From NCBI GenBank assembly GCA_963699755.1, contig CAVOVB010000001.1, positions 1,664,001-1,728,000 on the forward strand: DNA of 64,000 nt. Reading direction: 5' to 3'. The stretch is from an uncultured delta proteobacterium (GTDB lineage: Bacteria; Myxococcota_A; Polyangia; Polyangiales; Houyiibacteriaceae). The notes under the pieces were generated by a model that searched no databases, had not been told where the DNA came from, and saw nothing but the letters and a program-made list of their open reading frames with translations. Shown one piece after another: positions 16,426-24,967 of this stretch; the stretch's first letter is position 1; every line of letters begins with the position of its first letter. The position numbers and the translations under genes are program-made.

Positions 16426-18878
16426 CACTTCCGTCGTGTGCGCCGCGGCCGTTTCCTGGGTTCGGCGCTCTGCGTCTTCGAATCGTCGCGCACTTTTTTC
16501 GGTTGCCTGCCCCGTCTCTTTGAAGGGCCGGTCCGCTTCCCCGGCGCCGCCTTCCCTTCTTGGCGCGCATCGCCACGCTTCTTGGGCGCTCGGCCGCGCT
16601 CTTTGCCGCCGCTGCGTTGCATCCTGCGGACCTGTGTCGGCGCCTCCGCGGGCTGGTGCTCCAGCAGGGAGCCAATGACATCCCTAGCCTGGACATTGGC
16701 GTCCTCGATCCGCACTCTGACCGGATCGTTCATCGTGAAGATCTTCGCCGTCCTCGCTCCGATCAAGCGAATGCCCAAGTCGTCTGGTTCGTAACGATCT
16801 TCGAGTTGCTCGAACGGCAGCAGGACGCTCACGAAAGGATCTGCGATCTGAATGTAGATGCCAAAGGGCGCAAAGCCCGAGATTCGCCCCTCGAACTCGT
16901 CTCCGATGTGCTTCTGCATGTAGATGGTCCGGTAGACGTCCATCACATCGCGCTCCACGATCATCGCGCGGCGTTCGGATTCGCTCGCTTGTGCGGCAAA
17001 TCGCTGAAGGCGCGGCCGAAGTGAAGCCGAGTCGAGGCTTTCGTTCCGAATCATGCTCCGAAGGACGCGATGGACCAGTAAGTCCGGATATCGTCGGATC
17101 GGAGACGTGAAGTGCAGATAGTCCTTCGCCGCGAGGGCGAAGTGACCGGTGGTCGGGTCGGTGTCGTAAATCGCTTGCTGCATGGCTCGCAAGAGCAGGT
17201 ATCGGAGCAGCGAGGCTTCGTCCGTGCCTTCGATTCGACGAAGGAACTGGCTGAGCTGCTTTGGAGTCGATGCAGCCTCTTCTTCGAGCTCGTAGCCGAA
17301 GGACTTCGCGACCTGGCAGAACATCGAGATCCGCTCCGGGTCGGGCTTGCCATGGACTCGAAACACGCCGGGCGCACCGTGCCGCTTGATGTGCGCAGCA
17401 ACGGTTTCGTTGGTCACCAGCATCATGTCCTCGACGATGCGGTATGCTTGTCGAATGCCTGGGTCTTTGCGGGACTGGACGATTTCCTTGGGCTCTCCGT
17501 GCTCGTCCAGGACGATCTTCCCCTCCGGAAGGTCGAAATCGAGCGAGCCGCGTTTCTGTCGGCGAGCTCGAAGCCGCTGCGAAAGATCGAGGAGGATTTT
17601 GAGGGTCTCGACCCGCTTTTCGGCCGAGGGCTGATGCGGGCCCTTGTCGGTGAGGCGGAGCGCGCGAGCCACGCCCTCGTAGTAGAGCTTCCCGTGCGAA
17701 CGCATCACGGCTTCGAAGATGCGATGGGAGCCCATATGCCCCTTCTCGTCGATGTGCATTTCGACCGCCATACAGAGGCGGTCGCGGTTCGGCACGAGCG
17801 ACGCAAGATTGGTCGAGAGCTCGGGTGGCAGCATTGGGATCGCGCGGTCCGGCAGATAGACGCTCGTGCCTCGGCTGATCGCTTCGCGGTCCATCGGGCT
17901 GCCTTCGATGACGTAGTGAGATACGTCTGCGATCGCGACGATGAGACGGAAGCCGTTTCGTGTGCGCTCGACCCAGATCGCGTCGTCGTGGTCGCGCGCG
18001 GTTTCCGGGTCGATCGTGACGAGATCGACGTCTCGCAGGTCCTCGCGATTCTTCAGCACTTCCCGGTCCACGCGGGCGGGGAGGGCGGCGGCCTCTAGCT
18101 CGACGTCGTCCGGGAAGACCTCCCGGATCCCGTCGCGGATCTTGATCTTCTCCACCTCGGTCCGTGCGACCCCTTGTGCGCCGAGCACTTCGACGATGCC
18201 CACCTCGGGACGGTCCTCGCTCCGCTGTGGAAACGTGACGATCTCTGCGAGGATGACGTCTCCTTTTCGGACGGACTTCGGGACCTTGCCTACCACGCGC
18301 ATGGGCGAGCGCAGCCGCTCGTCGTCGGGCTCGAAGCTCATCCCCCGGCCGCGCGGGTGCAGCATTCCGGTCACGTTCTTCAGTCGCCGCTCGACGATGC
18401 CGACGATGAGACCTTCTCGGCCTTTCGACGAAGGACGGGCCCTGAGCTGGACCGTGTCCCCATGGAGCGCTGGCCCCACCGCATCGGGCGGAATGAAGAC
18501 GTCGGAGCCTCCGTCGTACACGTTGACGAAGCCATACCCTTGGCGCGTCATCGTCAGCTTGCCCTCGATCACGGGAGTCAGCGGTGCAGCAAGCTGCTGC
18601 CGCTCCTCGGCCTTGCGGCCGCGTCCTCGTGTGGTCTTCGCTTGCTCGCGACCTCGCTTCTTGTTTTTGTCGACAGCGAGCGCACGAAAGCGCAAGCCCG
18701 GCATCTCGGTCACGAGGTTCTCGTCTTCGAGCAACAAAAGGCGCCGGACGATCTCGTCCTTGGCGCTGCGCGGAACATTGAGCCTTCCGCAGAGCTCTCC
18801 AACGTGCATCGCACGGGGAGCGTTTGCCTGCAGAACCTGCAGGATTTCGTTCTTCTCAGGAATTTCTTCGTTCATCAT
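16425..18878 (-). CDS. rnr: Ribonuclease R
   Basis: Cold-shock domains, TIDPETARDHDDA, AIADVS, HFTSPIRRYPDL, S1 domain, K/R-rich tail. Confidence 0.95.
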   Translation of the reverse strand: MMNEEIPEKNEILQVLQANAPRAMHVGELCGRLNVPRSAKDEIVRRLLLLEDENLVTEMPGLRFRALAVDKNKKRGREQAKTTRGRGRKAEERQQLAAPLTPVIEGKLTMTRQGYGFVNVYDGGSDVFIPPDAVGPALHGDTVQLRARPSSKGREGLIVGIVERRLKNVTGMLHPRGRGMSFEPDDERLRSPMRVVGKVPKSVRKGDVILAEIVTFPQRSEDRPEVGIVEVLGAQGVARTEVEKIKIRDGIREVFPDDVELEAAALPARVDREVLKNREDLRDVDLVTIDPETARDHDDAIWVERTRNGFRLIVAIADVSHYVIEGSPMDREAISRGTSVYLPDRAIPMLPPELSTNLASLVPNRDRLCMAVEMHIDEKGHMGSHRIFEAVMRSHGKLYYEGVARALRLTDKGPHQPSAEKRVETLKILLDLSQRLRARRQKRGSLDFDLPEGKIVLDEHGEPKEIVQSRKDPGIRQAYRIVEDMMLVTNETVAAHIKRHGAPGVFRVHGKPDPERISMFCQVAKSFGYELEEEAASTPKQLSQFLRRIEGTDEASLLRYLLLRAMQQAIYDTDPTTGHFALAAKDYLHFTSPIRRYPDLLVHRVLRSMIRNESLDSASLRPRLQRFAAQASESERRAMIVERDVMDVYRTIYMQKHIGDEFEGRISGFAPFGIYIQIADPFVSVLLPFEQLEDRYEPDDLGIRLIGARTAKIFTMNDPVRVRIEDANVQARDVIGSLLEHQPAEAPTQVRRMQRSGGKERGRAPKKRGDARQEGKAAPGKRTGPSKRRGRQPKKVRDDSKTQSAEPRKRPRRTRRK

Positions 18879-18880
18879 TT

Positions 18881-20159
18881 CTATCGCAGGGCGTGAACCC
18901 CGCCGTCATCCGATCCGAAATACAGTGTGCCGTCGGATCCGATCTCCACCGTCGAGTCGACGTCCTGGCCGACGTTGTATCGCCAGAGCACAGAACCGCT
19001 GGGGTCGATGCAGTAGAGAAAATTGTCTTGGGAGCCCACGTAGATGCGACCATCCGCATCGATTCGGGCTGAGGCACGTACTCGACCTCCGGTCGCGACC
19101 TTCCAGCGAAGCGCGCCCGAGGGGCTTATGGCATAGACGTTGCCATCGTACGAGCCGACGACGATCGTGCCGTCTCGAGCGATCGCCGGGGTTGCTCGAA
19201 CCTCGTCGCCGGTCTTGAATTTCCAGCGCACGTCGCCCGTCTCGTCGACTTGAACGATTTCCCCGCGACCCGTGCCCGCGTAGATGTGCCCCTCGTCATC
19301 GACCGACGCCGAGCCCTCGATGGCGCCACCGAGTTGCACCGACCAGGCGAGCGATCCGTCGGGCCGAAGCGCGATCAGCGAACCTTCCGTCGTGCCGATG
19401 ATGACCAGGCGCGTCGGGTGAATTACCGGAGCGCTCCGAACGTGGTCGGCCGTCGGTTTGTGCCAGTGCAGCCGGCCGAGAAGATCGACGGCATAAGCGC
19501 CGTTGGCTACGACGTAGACCCGTCCGTCGGGGCCCAAAGTGGCCGATGCATCCACGACGTCGTGAAGGGGAAGCTTCCAGCGGGGCTGTCCTTGGAGCGA
19601 AAGCGACACGAGCTCTCGCTGGTGCGTTCCAAATATGATCGACGAGCCTGCGACGAGCGCGCTCGGGTAGATCTTTTGCCCCGCCGCGTACCGCCACTTG
19701 AGCGTGCCGTCGGCATTCAACGCGACGAACTGCCCATCGAGCGAACCGATGTAGACGGTGCCATCATTTCCCGCGACAGGTGATGCGAATACGCGGGCGC
19801 CGGTTTGGTAGGTCCATGCCGCCGAGGGCCTCCCTGACGGGCCGCGGTTTTCGCTTCGACCGGTGTGCGCCGCGTCTCCCATGAAGCCGTTGGCGCTTCG
19901 AGATGCTGCGCCCGATTCGAGCGACGTCCGGCCCGACCACCGGTGTCGCAAGCTCAGCGAGTACTTCTTCGACGAAGCGGCACTTCCCTTCATGGCAGAT
20001 TCGATCTGCCCGGCACTCCGCGTCCGACATGCAGGGCGTAGACGGACGCGAGCGGGGACCGCTACAGGCGGCGACCACCAACAGCACGACCAGTGCCAAC
20101 AAGAGTTGCGGGCTGCAGCGCAATGCGCCGACACTATACCATCGCGGATCGATCGTCAC
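18881..20159 (-). CDS. PQQ-like beta-propeller repeat lipoprotein with a Cys-rich N-terminus (apparent +1 frameshift at ~19921; start uncertain)
   Basis: LVVLLVVAAC lipobox, C-x5-C-x5-C-x4-C; repeated W-x-F..SP..DG.IY.GS.DG..YA PQQ-type repeats. Confidence 0.82.
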
Positions 20160-20171
20160 AGTCGCGGCCTG

Positions 20172-21920
20172 CTACCAGCTCAGAAGCCGGATCTCACTTC
20201 CTTTTTGTAGCGCGATCTTCCTGCCGTCGGGGCTGATGGCGATGCTCCGGAGCTCGCCGGGAACTTTGTCCCAATCCGCCGGCCGCAGCCAGAGCCCCGT
20301 ACCGCCGTTGCGCCAGTCGCGCACGACGACGCCCTCCGGATGCGGAATCACATAGCGCGCACCGTCGGCGGTGATCCGAGCGCCACGGATTGGAGCGGGC
20401 AAGGGGCTCGTCGTGCTCAGGTCGATGGGCCGACCGGCCGGCTTCGCGAATTGATTGAGTGGCACGACCCGAAGTACGTCTCCCGACGCGGCGACGAGCC
20501 CTTGGGGCGCCCAGCCGAGCACTGCCCATTCGAAAACGGTCGCGGGTCGATCGATTGGAGTCCTGCATGGAGCCTTGCTCGACCGCCTCTCGATCGGCGC
20601 TCGATGGCTTTGCTTGCCTCGGATCGGACCGACCTCCGCTTCGAAGCCGGCGCAGGTAGCACGCACCGAGCGGACGGCGAAGCGGCCACTTGGGTCACGA
20701 ATCGCGGGAACGAGCTCAGCTTCAGAGAGCGCCGTCTTGATTCCCGAGCTGAGCTGGACCTGGCGAGGTGCTCGCCCATCGATCACGAGGGTGTCAGCGT
20801 CTCGGAAATAGAGTGAAGTCTGGCCGCCCTCGCTGTCGACCGTACGCCAAGTCGCGACGGAGTTGGCTTTCGCCGAGCGCCAAGCGGCTTGAACGAGGTT
20901 CCGCTCTTCCGGGCTCGGTTCGAGCGTCGGATTTTGCCACCAGCGCTGCAGCTCGAGCGCCCGAACGAAGCTACCTTGCCGAATGGCGGCGGATATTGCC
21001 ACTGAAGCAGCGCGCGCCGTTGCTGCCGACTGCTGACATTGCAGGCCATGAGTTCCTGAAAGTCCGACTCGGGCAGCACCGCTTTCGCGGCAGAGTGCGA
21101 CGAACGCATCGAGAACGGCAAGTGCTCGTGCGTTCGCGCTGGCGGGATTCGCGCTGAGCGATTCCCAGGCGGCGTCCGCGAGCTCTTTCAGCCTTGCCTC
21201 GGGTTGCGAAGCATCTCTTGCGAAGCCACCTGGCCTGTTCAGCCACGCCAAGGGGATGCCCGTCTTGCCGATGCGCAGGTTTGCAACCACGTCTTCGTAG
21301 CCGTCCGCATCGCGGTCTTCCGCGACGAGCTCGATTTCGATGTCCGCGCTCGATTGCTCATTCGGGGGCAAGACGGTGATTCGTTCTCGCACGCGCGGCT
21401 GGGCCTCGATCGTGACGAGCCACAAGTTGGTTCGTTTTCCCGTCTCGCAGCGGTGCTCGACGCGAGCTGCGACCAAGGAGCTAGAGAGCTGACGGATACT
21501 CGCGGTGGGTTCGACGCAATGCGCAGGCACGAGGAAGGAATCGATGGCCCGTGAGGAGATGTCGAGGCCGCGAGGGTAGGCGGCCTGGAGACGGACCTCT
21601 TGTGGATCCGCCGACACGACCAGCGCATCGACCGGCTCTCTTCCGTCGAGATTCAATTGCAGCGCAGCCAAGGCATAGCCCGTTTTGAGAACCAAGGTCG
21701 ACTCGGCAACGCGAACCTCGACCTGGTCGGGTCCGTAGCGCTCCCCAACGGGGAGCTCGGGCGCGCCCTCTTCGACTCCAGTCGCGGGCTCGCCTGCATC
21801 TTCGCCTGCATCACGCAGGCCGAAAGGAACCTGCTTGCGGCCGGAGCAACCCCAAATGAGCGCCCCGGCAACAAACACGAGCAGGACAGCAGCCCGGCGC
21901 TGCGATCGGCACAGGTTCAT
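20172..21920 (-). CDS. Hypothetical lipoprotein (582 aa)
   Basis: Signal peptide ending ALIWG-C; DRDADGYED loop; WD/TolB-like C-terminal AISPDG. Confidence 0.7.
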   Translation of the reverse strand: MNLCRSQRRAAVLLVFVAGALIWGCSGRKQVPFGLRDAGEDAGEPATGVEEGAPELPVGERYGPDQVEVRVAESTLVLKTGYALAALQLNLDGREPVDALVVSADPQEVRLQAAYPRGLDISSRAIDSFLVPAHCVEPTASIRQLSSSLVAARVEHRCETGKRTNLWLVTIEAQPRVRERITVLPPNEQSSADIEIELVAEDRDADGYEDVVANLRIGKTGIPLAWLNRPGGFARDASQPEARLKELADAAWESLSANPASANARALAVLDAFVALCRESGAARVGLSGTHGLQCQQSAATARAASVAISAAIRQGSFVRALELQRWWQNPTLEPSPEERNLVQAAWRSAKANSVATWRTVDSEGGQTSLYFRDADTLVIDGRAPRQVQLSSGIKTALSEAELVPAIRDPSGRFAVRSVRATCAGFEAEVGPIRGKQSHRAPIERRSSKAPCRTPIDRPATVFEWAVLGWAPQGLVAASGDVLRVVPLNQFAKPAGRPIDLSTTSPLPAPIRGARITADGARYVIPHPEGVVVRDWRNGGTGLWLRPADWDKVPGELRSIAISPDGRKIALQKGSEIRLLSW

Positions 21921-21963
21921 GCGAACGGATTAGCACGCGCCTGCGGGCGAAGCTTCAAAAGCG

Positions 21964-22425
21964 TCACTCGGGCCCCGGTACGCAAATCGCGTCGTTTTGG
22001 TCAATGGGGCATGGGTCGAGATTGACTCCGCAGAGGCCTGCTGCCCCGAGGCAGCGGAAACCTGGCTGACAGTCCCCGTCGACGAAGCACGGATCGAAGC
22101 AAACCAAAGTATCGTCGATACCACCGGCGACGCTGGACGGGTAGCAACTCCCGAAGAGCCCCAGATAGGCTCGCGGGCAGTCGGCGGAAACGGAGCCTTC
22201 GGCCACGCAGGTCAAGGTGCAGATGGAATTGACGTAGTCGAAGCCGGCGAATTCCACGCTGAGCTCTTCGCAGAGCGTTGCGGTTTCCACACATTCGTTG
22301 ACGCTAAAGCAAGCGTCGTACACGGGTATGAAGAGCTCGCTCCTGGGGGAGCTGCCGCAGCCCTGCAATGTCGCGAACAACGCTGCAGCGAGAAACGGCA
22401 CCGGGATCTCCGCGGTTCGAGGCAT
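21964..22425 (-). CDS. Cys-rich lipoprotein
   Basis: LQG-C lipobox; 14 further Cys in 153 aa. Confidence 0.72.
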   Translation of the reverse strand: MPRTAEIPVPFLAAALFATLQGCGSSPRSELFIPVYDACFSVNECVETATLCEELSVEFAGFDYVNSICTLTCVAEGSVSADCPRAYLGLFGSCYPSSVAGGIDDTLVCFDPCFVDGDCQPGFRCLGAAGLCGVNLDPCPIDQNDAICVPGPE

Positions 22426-22429
22426 CGCG

Positions 22430-23131
22430 CTAGTTTAGCCAGCGGGGCTCGTCGGCGCGACCACCCTTCACCACATCCAAGGAGCCCTTCTTTTTGCGCC
22501 GTTTTGGCCGACGGCGCCGGCTGCTCGGGGGCCGCCGAAGCCACTCGATGAAGGCCATCCCTCCGCAAATGGCGCCGATGTCTGCCGCGAGCGCAACCGC
22601 GTCGCCGGAGGTGATGAACATCAAGACGCTCAACGCGAGCACCAAATAGATGATGTGCACGGGCTTCATGTCGACGACGCCGAACAAGCTCATGCGCCCT
22701 TGCCCGCGGTACGACCATGCGAAGGCCGCGATCGACCCCAAGAGCATGGCCTGCGCTCCGTACAGAGGCGTCGGGTTGGGAACCATAAGCCCGACGATGA
22801 GCGCGAAGATGGCGGATGAAAGCACCGCGACGGCGCAAAGCTGAATGGTGCGCTTTTCGCCGAAGCGCTGCTCGAAAGGTGCAAGCATCCACCAGAGAAA
22901 GACCAGCATGATCAGCATGGAGAAGACGGCCTGGGGACCGGTAGGAAAGGCCAGCACGTGGGTGCCGAGCTGCCAGAGCGTTGCGACTCCTGGCTGTGCC
23001 GTGTCGAGCGCGAGAAATGCGAAAATCGGTACGCCGGCCCAGTTCTGAAGCAGGATCTGCAAAATCCACGCGCCAAAAAGCGCGACCAGCAGCTTCTTCA
23101 CGAACGGGGTCAGTGGCGGAAATCGGAACAC
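22430..23131 (-). CDS. Rhomboid-superfamily (DUF1751-like) membrane protein, catalytic residues apparently missing
   Basis: TPFVKKLL, LWQLGTH, FEQRFG, ~6 TM; GAQA in place of GxSG and ADIG in place of AHLG. Confidence 0.72.
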   Translation of the reverse strand: MFRFPPLTPFVKKLLVALFGAWILQILLQNWAGVPIFAFLALDTAQPGVATLWQLGTHVLAFPTGPQAVFSMLIMLVFLWWMLAPFEQRFGEKRTIQLCAVAVLSSAIFALIVGLMVPNPTPLYGAQAMLLGSIAAFAWSYRGQGRMSLFGVVDMKPVHIIYLVLALSVLMFITSGDAVALAADIGAICGGMAFIEWLRRPPSSRRRRPKRRKKKGSLDVVKGGRADEPRWLN

Positions 23132-23170
23132 TGGGTTGGTATGGCTATCCTAGGGTTGGTTTGCAAGGGA

Positions 23171-23710
23171 TCAAGGCGCTGGGCATTCCACGCCGGCATC
23201 AATGGTTCGGAAGTCCACGGTGCCCACATCCAGGATGCGGTCGGTGCCGCCATCGATGGTCGAGATCGGGGTGGTTTGGATCTCTGAGCAGTCGACGACG
23301 AACTTGAGGCCAGTGGTCGCACGCCAGCGCGATTTGTACTGCTGCGGCGCCGGGTCAGGCGGTTTCGCGAGAATCTTGCCCGTTCCATCGCAGCGATTGC
23401 GCGTGACCTGGATCGTGTCGAGGTACGCGCCTCCGTCGATGACCGCGGCGTTGGAGTCGCTCAATGCATCGCATCGCAGCGTAAACTCCGGCGCTGCCCA
23501 GAACTGGCGCTCCGATTCGTCGATGATCGCGAGCTCGACCAATGCGATGTTTCGGCAGACCTCCGCGGTTGGATTCTGGCCGTCGACGAGCCAGCGTCCC
23601 CGGACGTGCACATCGCAGCCCGACGGATTGAAGCGCACATCCTGCACGCAGCCAGCCGGTAGCGCGCCACCCATCACGGCCAGCAGGAGCACAAGCGTTG
23701 AAACCCTCAT
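23171..23710 (-). CDS. Hypothetical lipoprotein
   Basis: MRVSTLVLLLAVMGGALPAG-C; ATG at 23710. Confidence 0.62.
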   Translation of the reverse strand: MRVSTLVLLLAVMGGALPAGCVQDVRFNPSGCDVHVRGRWLVDGQNPTAEVCRNIALVELAIIDESERQFWAAPEFTLRCDALSDSNAAVIDGGAYLDTIQVTRNRCDGTGKILAKPPDPAPQQYKSRWRATTGLKFVVDCSEIQTTPISTIDGGTDRILDVGTVDFRTIDAGVECPAP

Positions 23711-23754
23711 CTGCGGGTAGCCTATCGCGCCCGAAAATGCAGTCAATTCGAGAG

Positions 23755-23782
23755 TTGACACCGCGGTTTCCATGCTTAGTTT
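23755..23782 (+). promoter_or_regulatory. Putative sigma70-type promoter for hsp20
   Basis: TTGACA, 16 nt spacer, TAGTTT about 100 nt upstream of the ATG at 23882. Confidence 0.45.
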
Positions 23783-23881
23783 GCGTCCATCGTTGGAAGA
23801 TGGCTGAGGCGCGTTGGTGGCGCTTCGGCTTGATCCCACCGTTACCGGGCCTGCGAACGCAGGCTGACGGAGGAGTACATC

Positions 23882-24298
23882 ATGTTGGTTCGTTGGGATC
23901 CATTTGAAGAGATGAATCGCCTCCATGACCACTTCCTAGGTGGCAGGGGGCTTGCAAAGCAAGCGTTTCAAGTCGCGGTCGACATCCGCGAAGAGGCTGA
24001 TGCTTTTTACGTAGACGCTGAGGTTCCGGGCCTGACCGCAGATGAGGTCAAGGTCGACGTCGAGAACAAGGTTCTGACGCTCAGCGGCGAACGCAAAGTC
24101 GAGAAGGAAGAGACCGAGGGCAGCTATCGTCGCGTCGAGCGACAGTACGGCAGCTTCACCCGATCGTTCAGCCTTCCCGAAACGGTCGACGCCGACCACA
24201 TCAGCGCCGACCTGAAGGACGGGGTGCTCGAGCTCCGGCTTCCCAAAAAGGAAGCGCCATCGCCGCGGAAGATTTCAGTCCAGGCCGGGTCGAAGTAA
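23882..24298 (+). CDS. Hsp20/alpha-crystallin small heat shock protein
   Basis: RWDPFEEM, VDIREE, EVPG, ERQYGSFTRSFSLP, LKDGVLELRLPK; SD ggaggag. Confidence 0.96.
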   Translation: MLVRWDPFEEMNRLHDHFLGGRGLAKQAFQVAVDIREEADAFYVDAEVPGLTADEVKVDVENKVLTLSGERKVEKEETEGSYRRVERQYGSFTRSFSLPETVDADHISADLKDGVLELRLPKKEAPSPRKISVQAGSK

Positions 24299-24495
24299 GT
24301 CGAAGTAAGGCTTGCATGGAACCATCAAGCGGCCTCGTCGTCGGACGGGGCCGCTTCTCATTGCTGCGTTGCTCCTCGGGCTCGCGCTGCCGCGGGTGTT
24401 TGGGGAGGTGGGGGGCGGGCGTCGCCGTTCGGCTTGTGCTGCCGCGGGTGTTTGGGGGGCAGGTCTTGGGTGGGCTGCGTGGTACGGCTTGTTGA

Positions 24496-24621
24496 CACCG
24501 CCCCGCCCCGCTTACCCCCACCCGTAATCCTCCCTGGCGCGGCGTTCGCTGCGCTCCGCCTTGCCGGCGCATTCGCGCCGGGCTTCGCCCTTCGGGCTCG
24601 CGCTGCCGCCTGCCGGTTGGG
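24496..24621 (+). repeat. Dispersed ~125-bp structured intergenic repeat, copy 1 (partial 3' ends also at ~24377-24405 and ~24438-24458)
   Basis: Shares acccccacccgtaatcctcc and gcgccgggcttcgcccttcgggctcgcgctgccgc with 48750-48870 and 50435-50560(-). Confidence 0.88.
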
Positions 24622-24649
24622 AACGTTGTGCGTCCTGTCTCCGTATGGA

Positions 24650-24839
24650 GGGGCGCGGAAAAAGGCGCGATATGGGGCGGAGTCGGCGTGTGAGTGACAA
24701 TCGGCAAGACAGCAACCAACCCCGATTGGCGCGAGCTCCGAGGGGCCGCTTGCGTGGCCTCAGGCCCCAAGCCCCTCCGGCCACCTTTGCAAGCCGCCCC
24801 GTCCGACGCAGCCCCGTGTCGCGCCTTTTTTCGCGCCCC
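24650..24839 (+). other. 190-nt element closed by a 37-bp imperfect inverted repeat (MITE or structured ncRNA)
   Basis: 24650-24686 pairs with 24803-24839 (32 Watson-Crick, 3 G-U, 2 mismatches); internal hairpins caatcgg/ccgattg and gaggggc/gcccctc. Confidence 0.65.
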
Positions 24840-24967
24840 GGTAGTTGCGGTGCCCGTGCCAGTGTCCGCTATGTTGTGGTGTGCTTGCTAGGCGCTGCCG
24901 ACGGGATCGGCATGCCGTCTGGGTTTCTAAACCGTCCTACCCAGCGATCCATCCCGGCCAGCGCGGA

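Noticed and set aside
24377..24621. CRISPR array from the repeated gctgccgcgggtgtttgggg units
   Set aside because: Only two or three degenerate units, irregular spacing, part of a larger dispersed repeat, and no cas genes
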